From NCBI GenBank assembly GCA_041178425.1, contig JBEGVH010000031.1:64001-128000 (forward strand): a DNA stretch of 64,000 bases, written 5' to 3'. This document shows, piece by piece, positions 23,469 through 32,616 of the stretch. Source of the DNA: Pseudomonadota bacterium (GTDB lineage: Bacteria > Bdellovibrionota > Bdellovibrionia > Bdellovibrionales > Bdellovibrionaceae). Numbering within the stretch: the stretch's first letter is position 1; the number at the start of each line of letters is the position of its first letter. The notes under the pieces are model-generated. The model was not told the DNA's origin, searched no databases, and was given only the letters and a program-made list of their open reading frames with translations. Position numbers and translations under genes: made by a program.

Positions 23469-24026
23469 ATGGCAGGATTTTTCAGCAAACTTTTTGGTGG
23501 AAATAAAAAGAAGGATGGCCCAGCGGAAGTTGAAAACCTTATTAATGAAACAGTTGAAGGAATCATTAAGAGGGCCGATTTTAAGCTTCAATTTAGCCTA
23601 ACTCATACTGAAGAAAATGATGAAGCGGTTGTTATCATAAACTTTGATGGAGAAGATGAGGGTCTTTTAAAGGACCGCGAAGGTCAATTGATTGATGCCT
23701 TTCAATTGTTGGTAAAGAGAGTACTACAGCACCATCTCCCAGAAGATCGTACAAATATCATAGTTGATTGCAATGGGTTCAGAGAGGAGTCTAATCAGGC
23801 TCTTATTGATTTAGCTGAGAAGCTTAAAGGAATTGCTTTGGAAAAGGGGAAGTCCGTTTATTTTCGCGCACTCCCTCCAAAAGATAGAAAGGTTATCCAC
23901 CAATATTTAGCCAATGATCAGCGAGTAAAAAGTCGTTCGATCGGAGACGGCTTATATAAGAAAATTAAAGTCTATCCAGTTAAAGGACAGCGTCCAGAAG
24001 TCGAAGAAGATTCTGCTGCTGATTAA
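23469..24026 (+). CDS. jag: Jag/KhpB-type KH + R3H RNA-binding protein, short form
   Basis: KH-like region (GQLIDAFQLL), R3H motif RKVIH, SRSIGDG; yidC-jag-mnmE synteny. Confidence 0.82.
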   Translation: MAGFFSKLFGGNKKKDGPAEVENLINETVEGIIKRADFKLQFSLTHTEENDEAVVIINFDGEDEGLLKDREGQLIDAFQLLVKRVLQHHLPEDRTNIIVDCNGFREESNQALIDLAEKLKGIALEKGKSVYFRALPPKDRKVIHQYLANDQRVKSRSIGDGLYKKIKVYPVKGQRPEVEEDSAAD

Positions 24027-24028
24027 CT

Positions 24029-25465
24029 ATGTTTGGTGGAGATAGAGATTTTGATACAATTTGTGCTCTCTCCACCCCTCCGGGCACCGGGGGCATTCAT
24101 GTGGTTCGTGTTAGTGGTGTAAATGCACTTAAAATTGTTCGATGGTCGGCGCCTTTTTTACCCCTGACGATTGAGTCGCACAGGTGCTATTTCGGCACTC
24201 TGGTTTGGGACTCCTCAGGTCAAGAGGCAATTGACGAAGTTCTAGTTACGTATTTTAAACACGGACACTCTTTTACTGGTGAAGAAACAGTAGAGATTTC
24301 CTGTCATGGAAGCCCCTTTATAGCTAATCGCATTCTCAAGGTACTCCTGGTAAATGGAGCTCGGATGGCTGACCGGGGTGAATTCACTTATCGAGCATTT
24401 GTGAATGGAAAACTTGATTTGGTTCAAGCTGAGAGTGTTCTTTCGTTGATAGAGTCTGAATCCCAGAAAGCTTCTCAAATCGCTTTGAAGCAATTAAAAG
24501 GCGGTCTTTCCAGTGATCTTAGATCTATTGAGTCTCACATCTTGGGGCTTTTGGCTCGCTTGGAAATTTCTATCGATTTTACCACTGAGGATGTGGAAAT
24601 TATTAGTAAAGATGACATTCGGTTCCGGGTTGGGCAAATTAACGCTCCGATTTTAAAACTTCTCGAGACCTTCAGAATCGGAAGTAGAATTCAAAGTGGC
24701 TTCGAAGTGGTTCTCGTGGGCGAACCAAATGTTGGCAAGTCTAGCTTGCTCAATCGTGTTCTCTCTGAAAATCGAGCTATTGTTACTGAAGTTCCAGGAA
24801 CCACTCGTGATTTGATACAGGAAGAGATTGTTATTAAAGGGGTGAAGGTCTCCTTGATTGATAGCGCAGGAATTAGAGAAACATCTGATATCGTTGAGAA
24901 AATTGGTGTTAGTAGAACGCGAGAGGCCATAGATAGAGCAGATTTGGTTCTAGCAATTTTTGATTCAAAATCTCCTAATTTAGAAGAGCTCATCAAAGAA
25001 TTACCGGTAAACCTAGCTAAAGTCGTTTTTGTTGGAAATAAGGCTGATTTGGTCTCGATGGATTCAGAGGCTGCCATTCGTGGCGCCTTACAAAGCTTGT
25101 TGAAGTCATTGAACAAATTTCAAAGCCAATCAGAGGTTGAGCTATTTATCCGAGAAAGATGTATTTTCCTATCGTCATTGGCTCCGGAATCAAGGGGGCA
25201 AATGGTAGACATTATCGAAAGACATCTTGATACCGGAAGTTTTGGAGACGATGCGGTTCTTTCACAGGCACGGCATTTTGAAAATCTCCAGAGGGCTTCT
25301 GAGTGTTTTGCGCGGGCGGCTGAATTGGCCGATGAGGGTGCGAGTCCCGAATTCCTGGCTCTTGAAGTAAAAGAGGGTTTGGTACGGGTTCAGGAAACGC
25401 TTGGCGAACGCTTTGACGATCAAGTTCTTGATCGTGTCTTTCGTGAATTTTGTATCGGTAAATAG
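24029..25465 (+). CDS. mnmE: tRNA modification GTPase MnmE
   Basis: DTICALSTPPG, SFTGEETVEISCHG, GEPNVGKSSL, PGTTRD, C-terminal FCIGK. Confidence 0.97.
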   Translation: MFGGDRDFDTICALSTPPGTGGIHVVRVSGVNALKIVRWSAPFLPLTIESHRCYFGTLVWDSSGQEAIDEVLVTYFKHGHSFTGEETVEISCHGSPFIANRILKVLLVNGARMADRGEFTYRAFVNGKLDLVQAESVLSLIESESQKASQIALKQLKGGLSSDLRSIESHILGLLARLEISIDFTTEDVEIISKDDIRFRVGQINAPILKLLETFRIGSRIQSGFEVVLVGEPNVGKSSLLNRVLSENRAIVTEVPGTTRDLIQEEIVIKGVKVSLIDSAGIRETSDIVEKIGVSRTREAIDRADLVLAIFDSKSPNLEELIKELPVNLAKVVFVGNKADLVSMDSEAAIRGALQSLLKSLNKFQSQSEVELFIRERCIFLSSLAPESRGQMVDIIERHLDTGSFGDDAVLSQARHFENLQRASECFARAAELADEGASPEFLALEVKEGLVRVQETLGERFDDQVLDRVFREFCIGK

Positions 25466-25474
25466 GTGTAGTTT

Positions 25475-27367
25475 ATGACCCAGTTTCAAGTGATCGTAGT
25501 TGGTGCCGGCCATGCCGGAATCGAGGCTTGTTTAGCGGCTGCCCGCTTGGGCTTAAATACTCTAATGGTTACAACAAATACCAAGAGAATCGGATACATG
25601 AGTTGTAATCCATCAATTGGTGGTTTAGCCAAGGGCCATATGGTTAGAGAAATTGATGCTCTCGGTGGGCAAATGGGTTTGGCCGCTGATGGTTCATGTA
25701 TCCAGTTCAAAAGATTAAATGGTCGTAAGGGACCGGCCGTTCGTGGATCTCGAACCCAGAATGATAAGTACCTTTATTCCCATTTAGTAACGCAGGCACT
25801 TTTTAACCAAGAAAACCTATCAGTGATCGAGGGTGAGGTTAAAAGTCTTATCTTAAAAGACGGCCAGTGTTTTGGTGTCGTTCTACAAGATGGATCCAAA
25901 ATTTCTGCCAATGCGGTTGTTTTGACAACGGGCACTTTTATGAATGGGGTTATGCATTTTGGTTTGAAGCAAGTGAAGGGTGGTAGGGTTGGCGACTCTT
26001 CCTCAGTTGGTCTTTCCGACCAACTTCTTGAATACGGTTTTGATGTGAAACGCCTTAAGACTGGAACTCCTGCTCGCCTAATTAAAGAGAGTATTGATTG
26101 GTCAAAGACCGTACCTCAATGGGGAGATGAGAAACATTATCCATTTAGCTTTCGTTCTCCAAAGAAAAGGCAGCTTCCTCAAGTTGCTTGTTATTTAAGT
26201 CGTACGACTCGTGAGACCCACGACATCATCCAGAAGAATCTACATCTTTCCCCGATGTTTTGTGGTGTGATTGAGGGAACTGGACCAAGGTATTGCCCCA
26301 GTATCGAAGATAAAATAACTCGCTTTGCGGATCGTGATAGTCATCAAACTTTTCTTGAACCTGAAGGGTTGTCTACAAATCTTATTTATCTTCAGGGTAT
26401 TTCCACCAGTCTTCCCGAGATGGTGCAGGACCAATTTTTACGAACCATCCCCGGGTTAGAAAATGTGAAAGTGGCTAGATACGGTTACGCTGTCGAGTAT
26501 GACTACATAGAACCAAGTCAAATTCACCATCGACTTGAGACCCGCACTGTTAAAAGCCTATTTTTTGCCGGCCAGATTAACGGAACCAGTGGCTACGAAG
26601 AAGCTGCTGCACAGGGTTTGATTGCGGGAATTAATGCCGCCCACTCTGTTCTTGGCAGGGAAGAGCTCGTTTTAGGTCGGGAAGAAGCCTATATTGGTGT
26701 GCTCATTGATGACTTAGTGACCAAGGGTACCAAAGAGCCCTATCGAATGTTTACCTCCCGAGCAGAGCACCGCTTAGTTTTGCGAGAAGACAATACTTTA
26801 GACCGGTTAAGTAGCGTTTCAAGGCGAGTCGGTTTAATGACTGAAACTCAGCTTGAATTGCTCGAGCAATTGACTCAAAGGCGAAACGATTTAATGGAAC
26901 GCCTTAAAGGAAGTCGCGTTTACCCGAACGCAGCGACTCAAGATAAATTGGAGAAAATGGGTACCCCTGTTTTGACAAAGTCTCTTACTTTCGAGGAGTT
27001 ATTGCGTAGAAGCGAGATTACTTGTTCAGACTTATCTCTGTTAGATTTTCATATGGATGACGATCCAGAGGTAAACGAGAGTGTAGAGATCGCTGTTAAA
27101 TATTCTGGTTACGTTAAGCGTCAGTTGGAAGTTATTGAACAAGCACAGCGACTAGAGTCTCTTAAAATGCCGGAATCATTAGACTATTCTTTAATTAAGG
27201 GGCTCTCAAGAGAGGAAGTAGAGAAGTTAACCAAGATTAGTCCTCGCACACTGGGTCAAGCCCAGAGAATTAGTGGCGTAAATCCCTCAGCAATCCAGGC
27301 GATCATGATATACTTAAAAGGTCGACAGCGAAAACTGAAGGAGATTGATCTTGGATACCAACAGTAA
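25475..27367 (+). CDS. mnmG: tRNA uridine-5-carboxymethylaminomethyl modification enzyme MnmG (GidA)
   Basis: GAGHAGIEA, MSCNPSIGG, GPRYCPSIEDK, GQINGTSGYEEAAAQG. Confidence 0.98.
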   Translation: MTQFQVIVVGAGHAGIEACLAAARLGLNTLMVTTNTKRIGYMSCNPSIGGLAKGHMVREIDALGGQMGLAADGSCIQFKRLNGRKGPAVRGSRTQNDKYLYSHLVTQALFNQENLSVIEGEVKSLILKDGQCFGVVLQDGSKISANAVVLTTGTFMNGVMHFGLKQVKGGRVGDSSSVGLSDQLLEYGFDVKRLKTGTPARLIKESIDWSKTVPQWGDEKHYPFSFRSPKKRQLPQVACYLSRTTRETHDIIQKNLHLSPMFCGVIEGTGPRYCPSIEDKITRFADRDSHQTFLEPEGLSTNLIYLQGISTSLPEMVQDQFLRTIPGLENVKVARYGYAVEYDYIEPSQIHHRLETRTVKSLFFAGQINGTSGYEEAAAQGLIAGINAAHSVLGREELVLGREEAYIGVLIDDLVTKGTKEPYRMFTSRAEHRLVLREDNTLDRLSSVSRRVGLMTETQLELLEQLTQRRNDLMERLKGSRVYPNAATQDKLEKMGTPVLTKSLTFEELLRRSEITCSDLSLLDFHMDDDPEVNESVEIAVKYSGYVKRQLEVIEQAQRLESLKMPESLDYSLIKGLSREEVEKLTKISPRTLGQAQRISGVNPSAIQAIMIYLKGRQRKLKEIDLGYQQ

Positions 27368-28037
27368 GAATAGTCAGGCTTCCGCAGCAGCACCGAAGGT
27401 AAATGATTCTTGGAAAATTAGAGAGTGGTTTCCAGATATTTCTGAAGCCACGGATAATAAGCTTAAGTTATTCTGTTCCGAGGTAAAACGTGTCAATTCA
27501 GAAGTGAACTTAGTGTCTGAAAAGACGGTACGCTTTATAGATATTATTCATTTCGCAGATAGTATTCTTTGTTGCCGCTCTATAATGAAAGATCAAAAGA
27601 TTTCTTCGATTTACGATGTAGGCAGTGGAAATGGTTTTCCGGGTCTTGTAATGGCCATTCTATACCCAGAAGTTAAAGTTACCCTAGTGGATGCTGAGAA
27701 TCGCAGGGTTTCCTTTATGAAGACTGTTATTTCTCAGCTTGATCTTAAGAATATAGAAGTGATCGGTAAGCCGATAGAAAGTTTCCCTCCTGGGAGCTTT
27801 GATGTTGCCATTTTGCGTGGATTTGGAACCATCCCAAAAGCAATGTTAAGTTTTCGAAAGCAAGTCCGTAAAAATGGATGCATCTATATGATCAAGGGAG
27901 AAGAATGGCCAAAAGAGGTTACAGATATTCCCATTCAACTCTGTAGTTTTTGGTTACCAAGTCTTGTGGCCGACTATAATTTGCCAATGGGAGAATATAA
28001 GTTCTCTGTTGTTAAGCTCAAGAAGATTTCAGACTAG
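27345..28037 (+). CDS. rsmG: 16S rRNA m7G527 methyltransferase RsmG (GidB)
   Basis: HFADS and SAM-binding DVGSGNGFPG; follows mnmG. Confidence 0.9.
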   Translation: MILDTNSKNSQASAAAPKVNDSWKIREWFPDISEATDNKLKLFCSEVKRVNSEVNLVSEKTVRFIDIIHFADSILCCRSIMKDQKISSIYDVGSGNGFPGLVMAILYPEVKVTLVDAENRRVSFMKTVISQLDLKNIEVIGKPIESFPPGSFDVAILRGFGTIPKAMLSFRKQVRKNGCIYMIKGEEWPKEVTDIPIQLCSFWLPSLVADYNLPMGEYKFSVVKLKKISD

Positions 28038-28053
28038 TGTTCCACGTGGAACA
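28038..28053. promoter_or_regulatory. parS: parS centromere site 1
   Basis: Perfect 16-bp palindrome TGTTCCACGTGGAACA, matching the widespread parS consensus. Confidence 0.95.
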
Positions 28054-28102
28054 CCCGCTGGGACTCTCATTTTACTAGATGTTTGATTTGCCACGAAGAT
28101 AA

Positions 28103-28606
28103 TTAGTGGCCTCCTCCGGCTTCTTCAGCCCCGCCTTCGCCATGCTCTCCTCCTCCAGACTTTTTCTTTTCTGGAGGTCCCTTTCCTGCAGGCGCTCTAA
28201 CGACAAGCCTACTTATAGCCTTTTTATATCTCTCTACCTCTTCTGAATTGTTCCAGTCATTGCCTTTGTTAAATTCTCGTAGGTATTCGTTACGAACGTA
28301 TTCCTCTCGGCTCAAGATTTTCAACTTCCAGTATTTTACCTTCTCTTCTAGTTTTCTAATGTCTTGAACCGCAATATCTGCCTTAAATCTTAGTCTCTTT
28401 TTTTCCGATTCACCCTCAACAGTTTTCATATTTGCCATATGTTCATCAAGCTGAGTTTTTCTTTCTGCGAGCTTAGTTTCAGAAACTCCCAACTGTGTTT
28501 TTAGATCTTGATAGATGTAATCGGATGATTGCGGGTCAGGAATAGGTTGACGACAACCAAAACTAAGAGATATCAGAATAAATAGAATAAATTTAGTGCT
28601 ATTCAT
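28103..28606 (-). CDS. Hypothetical coiled-coil lipoprotein between the two parS sites (probable start ATG 28606)
   Basis: MNSTKFILFILISLSFGC lipoprotein signal; charged helical body; Gly/Glu/His-rich C-terminal tail. Confidence 0.75.
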   Translation of the reverse strand: MNSTKFILFILISLSFGCRQPIPDPQSSDYIYQDLKTQLGVSETKLAERKTQLDEHMANMKTVEGESEKKRLRFKADIAVQDIRKLEEKVKYWKLKILSREEYVRNEYLREFNKGNDWNNSEEVERYKKAISRLVVRAPAGKGPPEKKKSGGGEHGEGGAEEAGGGH

Positions 28607-28610
28607 GTAG

Positions 28611-28626
28611 TGTTCCACGTGGAACA
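28611..28626. promoter_or_regulatory. parS: parS centromere site 2
   Basis: Second perfect TGTTCCACGTGGAACA, about 90 bp upstream of parA. Confidence 0.95.
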
Positions 28627-28717
28627 TCGGCACATCAGGACAAAACCTAGAGTCCAGAGAATATTCCTTGCCATCAACTTAAAAATTTCGGATTTTTAAT
28701 TAAACGATGGAGAACCT

Positions 28718-29578
28718 ATGGCACGCACAATATGTATAGCAAATCAAAAGGGGGGAGTGGGAAAAACGACGACATCCGTCAATCTCTCAGCTGCTCTTGC
28801 ACACCTCGGCAATAAAGTTTTGTTAATCGATCTTGATCCTCAAGGAAATGCTTCTAGTGGATTGGGCCTGAAGCGTTCTGATTTTCAAGATTTGAATGCC
28901 TATCATATGCTTATAGGGGAAAAAACAATAACTGAAGCGACTTATACTACAAGAGTTAAGAATTTGAGTGTAGTTCCCGCAACCCCTGATCTCGTGGGTG
29001 CGGAAATTGAGCTTGTAGACACTCAACACCGCGAATTTAAGCTCAAACAAGAGATTCAGAGTGTCGCCTCCGAATATAACTACGTTATTTTGGACTGCCC
29101 ACCGTCACTTGGACTACTCACAGTGAATGCCCTCACGGCAGCAGACAGTTTTTTAGTACCCCTTCAGTGTGAGTACTACGCTTTGGAAGGTTTGAGTCAG
29201 TTACTTAATACGGCTGGAATTATTAAAAAGAACCTAAACCCCAACCTACACATTGAGGGAATAGTTCTAACTATGTTCGACACCAGAAATAATTTGAGCC
29301 ATCAGGTTGTTGCAGAAATTAAAAATCATTTCGGCGAAAAAGTTTTTGGGGCCATCATTCCCAGAAATGTAAGACTTAGCGAGGCGCCATCACATGGCCT
29401 TAACATCCTTGAATACGATATCAAATCTATTGGGGCAGTTAAGTACTTGCAGTTGGCAAAAGAGCTAGATGAGCGAGTAAATCCCAAAACAAAAAATAAA
29501 CAAAAAGAGTCAAGCAAGAAAGATAACGACACGATTTTACAAGATAAAATAGAAACTGAGAGCGAAGCAAATGGCTGA
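28718..29578 (+). CDS. parA: Chromosome partitioning ATPase ParA/Soj
   Basis: NQKGGVGKTT, DLDPQGNAS, DCPPSLG, QCEYYALEGL, PRNVRLSEAPSHG. Confidence 0.97.
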   Translation: MARTICIANQKGGVGKTTTSVNLSAALAHLGNKVLLIDLDPQGNASSGLGLKRSDFQDLNAYHMLIGEKTITEATYTTRVKNLSVVPATPDLVGAEIELVDTQHREFKLKQEIQSVASEYNYVILDCPPSLGLLTVNALTAADSFLVPLQCEYYALEGLSQLLNTAGIIKKNLNPNLHIEGIVLTMFDTRNNLSHQVVAEIKNHFGEKVFGAIIPRNVRLSEAPSHGLNILEYDIKSIGAVKYLQLAKELDERVNPKTKNKQKESSKKDNDTILQDKIETESEANG

Positions 29579-30629
29579 AAAAGTAATTGAACAGAAGAAG
29601 GGTCGACTAGGACGCGGACTCGGAAGCCTTTTAGGTGGAGCGCCCCCAGCAGCAGCACAGCAGGAATCAGCTGCGCCAATTGTGGTAGAAAAACAACAGT
29701 TAAAAGAAGCGTCACCTAAGGTTGAACCTGTAGCCGCAAAGGTGACCGACAAGGTCGAAGGTAGGGCGATTGAGTCAGCCGCAGTCGCGCCGGCCCCAAC
29801 TCCGGCGCCAGTTGCTCCGGAATCAAGAATCTGGAAAATTGCTGTTGAAAAGCTGCATCCAAATGAGTTTCAGCCTCGACAAAAATTCAACAAGGACACG
29901 CTGAAGGAGCTTGCAAACTCCATAAAAGACAAGGGAATTTTACAACCAATAGTGGCAAGAAAACATGCTAGCGGTGCTCTTGAAATTATTTCGGGTGAGC
30001 GTCGATGGAGAGCTGCGCAAATGGCCGGACTCCAAGAAGTGCCTGTCATTATTCGAACAGTCAATGACCAGGACTCCCTTGAACTAGCCATTATTGAGAA
30101 CATTCAAAGAGAGGATCTCAATCCGATAGATGAGGCCGAGGCCTACCAAAGACTAGCTCAGGAGTTTAAACTAACTCAGCAACAAATAGCTGAAAAGGTC
30201 GGTAAAGATCGCGCAACAATTGCCAATTCCCTTCGATTGTTGCTACTCGCTGACCCCGTTCGAGAAATGTTAGTTAATCATGAGCTCTCCGTTGGACATT
30301 GCAAAGTCTTGCTTTCACTAGATAATCCCAAGACACAAACAGAAGTTGCCAGAAAGGCCCTCAAAGACCAACTCAGTGTGCGTGCACTTGAGAAATTAGT
30401 GAATAAGGCCCTGAGAGGATTATCAATTGAAGATGAAGAAGACGGTGATCCAAAGGCTGAACTAAAAAAGAAGTTGATCGATAATATGTCGGAAAACCTT
30501 CAGAAACTCCTAGGAACTAAGGTTGCTATCGATTATGCCGAAGGAAAAGGAAGAATCATACTTTCCTTTTACTCTGATGACGAGTTCAACCAAATCACAG
30601 AAAAAATAAATCAAGCATGGCGGAAGTAA
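29571..30629 (+). CDS. parB: Chromosome partitioning protein ParB/Spo0J
   Basis: LGRGLGSLL, QPR, GERRWRAA, ENIQREDLNPIDEA, HTH region. Confidence 0.97.
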   Translation: MAEKVIEQKKGRLGRGLGSLLGGAPPAAAQQESAAPIVVEKQQLKEASPKVEPVAAKVTDKVEGRAIESAAVAPAPTPAPVAPESRIWKIAVEKLHPNEFQPRQKFNKDTLKELANSIKDKGILQPIVARKHASGALEIISGERRWRAAQMAGLQEVPVIIRTVNDQDSLELAIIENIQREDLNPIDEAEAYQRLAQEFKLTQQQIAEKVGKDRATIANSLRLLLLADPVREMLVNHELSVGHCKVLLSLDNPKTQTEVARKALKDQLSVRALEKLVNKALRGLSIEDEEDGDPKAELKKKLIDNMSENLQKLLGTKVAIDYAEGKGRIILSFYSDDEFNQITEKINQAWRK

Positions 30630-30967
30630 TTAACCAATCAAACGAAATGAATATCACCGCGATTCTCGATCGCGGTGCTACTTTTGAGGGCAAATTAACC
30701 TTCGAAGGAACTGTGCAAATCGGAGGCACTTTTAGGGGCGAAATTTTTACGAAAGACACCCTCGTTATTAATCCAGGATCAAGGGTTATCGCAGAAATTG
30801 AGGCAGAGACAATCATTATCAGTGGGAATGTAGAGGGAAACCTTTTTGCACGAAAAAAGGTCGTCATGAATCCTCCTGCAATTTTTAAGGGCACAGTCAC
30901 AACGCCGAGCCTAACCATTGAAGAGGGAGTTGTTTTTGAAGGTGCCTCACATATGCCGAAATTTTAG
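30617..30967 (+). CDS. Bactofilin (polymer-forming cytoskeletal protein)
   Basis: Beta-helix pattern ILDRGATFEGKLTFEGTVQIGGTFRGEI...IISGNVEGNL...LTIEEGVVFEG. Confidence 0.9.
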   Translation: MAEVINQSNEMNITAILDRGATFEGKLTFEGTVQIGGTFRGEIFTKDTLVINPGSRVIAEIEAETIIISGNVEGNLFARKKVVMNPPAIFKGTVTTPSLTIEEGVVFEGASHMPKF

Positions 30968-31057
30968 GGCCATACGCGGACCAAATTATTGTTCTTGACC
31001 GAAAAACCTAAGGAGTGCTACTCCCAAACAGCATTAAAAAACCTTAGGAATTCGGTA

Positions 31058-31489
31058 ATGGCCATACTAAATCAGCTCGGCATCAATTATACTACGTTCT
31101 ACTGTTTCTTTATTTTTATCGTCACTTTCTTCTTTCTTAAAGAAATTCTATTTAGGCCCTACTATCTAGCCTTCGAAGAGCGCGAAAAGCGAACCAAGGG
31201 CGGAGAGACGAGCGCAAAAGATTTGCAGGCCAAAACGGCTCAACTTAAAGCAGAGTTTGAGGGTGCGGCACGCGATCTGAACTCACAGATAAAAGCTACT
31301 TTTGATCAATCAAGAACACAGGCGTCTAAAGAAACAGAGGCCATCATAACAGCAGCGAAGGCACAGGCAGAAAAAGTAATCGAAGATACGCGTTCGCACG
31401 TGGCTAAAGAACTAAAAAAAGCTCAAGATCAACTCAGCCTCGAAACGCCAGGTGTGGCGTTGGCAATTACTAAAAAAATGCTGGATTAG
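31058..31489 (+). CDS. F0 ATP synthase subunit b' (start corrected to ATG 31058)
   Basis: N-terminal TM, LFRPY...EERE motif, long coiled coil; first gene of the F0b/F1 cluster. Confidence 0.85.
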   Translation: MAILNQLGINYTTFYCFFIFIVTFFFLKEILFRPYYLAFEEREKRTKGGETSAKDLQAKTAQLKAEFEGAARDLNSQIKATFDQSRTQASKETEAIITAAKAQAEKVIEDTRSHVAKELKKAQDQLSLETPGVALAITKKMLD

Positions 31490-31498
31490 GATAATTCC

Positions 31499-32077
31499 AT
31501 GAAGTTTTGGGTGTCGACACTTTCCACTTTCATCATAGTTAATAGCGCGGTGGCCTCATCTGGTGGCGGTCATGACGTTCACGGAGGAGATTCCCACGGA
31601 ATCCCGACTGTTGTTTATTATCAGGCCCTCAACGTAGCTATCATTTTGATTGCTGCGGTAGTTTTTGGGAAAAAATCAATTGCTGCTTTTTTCGCAGGCA
31701 AAAAAGAAGGGTTCCTGAAGGCGCAAGAAAAAGCTCAGGGCGTACTTCGAAGTGCTGAAGAAGAATATCAGCAAATGAAAGAGCGTCACGATAAGCTCTT
31801 GATGAACAGAGATGAATCCATAGCAAAAGCAACCGCAGATGCTAATGATTTGCGCGCGCAGATTGTTCGTGATGCTGAAGCGCTGGCTCAAAAACTCAAT
31901 AACGAAGCCCACCTTTCTTCTAAGCTAGAAATTGAGAGAGCTAAGCACGAGCTTAAAGAGCAACTTATTAGAGATGCTTTTGAATTATCTAAGAGAGACC
32001 TGGGTTCAAAGGCAACTTCTGCCGATCAGAAGAAGCTCCAGGATGATTTCATCTCCAAGGTTCAGGTGGTCCAGTGA
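31499..32077 (+). CDS. atpF: F0 ATP synthase subunit b
   Basis: Signal-like N-terminus with Gly/His linker, TM segment and coiled coil; precedes atpH. Confidence 0.85.
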   Translation: MKFWVSTLSTFIIVNSAVASSGGGHDVHGGDSHGIPTVVYYQALNVAIILIAAVVFGKKSIAAFFAGKKEGFLKAQEKAQGVLRSAEEEYQQMKERHDKLLMNRDESIAKATADANDLRAQIVRDAEALAQKLNNEAHLSSKLEIERAKHELKEQLIRDAFELSKRDLGSKATSADQKKLQDDFISKVQVVQ

Positions 32078-32616
32078 GTCGAGTATCACAAGTTTCAAAA
32101 CGATATGCTAAAGCGCTTTTTGAAGCAGTTTCTAACAAAGAAGCGGTCTTGAATGAATTAAGAGTTTTGGTTAAAGCCTTCGCTCAGGACCCAAGTATTC
32201 TTGCGTTCTTCAGCTCTCATGTTGAGAGCGATAGCCTGAAAAAGCAAATAATGACTAAGGCGCTCGAAGGTAAGGGTGTTTCGAATGACCTTAACCAATT
32301 CTTAGTTCTATTGGCAGAAAAAGGGCGTGTTAGTCAGCTATCCGACATCCTCAACGCTTTTGAAATGCTCGTTGATGAACAGAATGGCGTTACGAGGGGT
32401 ACAGTTCGGTCGGCAGTAAAACTTGATGCCGATGCTAAACAGAAGATCGAAAGCGTCGTGTCCCATTTTGTAAAGAAAAAAGTCATCCTAACCTATTCCG
32501 AGGATTCTACTCTCGTTGGGGGAGTTGTTGCTCAAGTAGGCGGATGGACATTTGAAGATACTCTAGATTCACATTTAAGAAGATTAAAAGAAGATTTAAA
32601 TAGGAGAGCGAATTGA
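32074..32616 (+). CDS. atpH: F1 ATP synthase delta subunit
   Basis: [25 protein letters not shown] motifs. Confidence 0.93.
   Translation: MSRVSQVSKRYAKALFEAVSNKEAVLNELRVLVKAFAQDPSILAFFSSHVESDSLKKQIMTKALEGKGVSNDLNQFLVLLAEKGRVSQLSDILNAFEMLVDEQNGVTRGTVRSAVKLDADAKQKIESVVSHFVKKKVILTYSEDSTLVGGVVAQVGGWTFEDTLDSHLRRLKEDLNRRAN

Noticed and set aside
28607..28633. N-terminal MPMFHVEHY extension of the lipoprotein ORF
   Set aside because: It is simply the parS palindrome translated; the signal peptide starts at ATG 28606.
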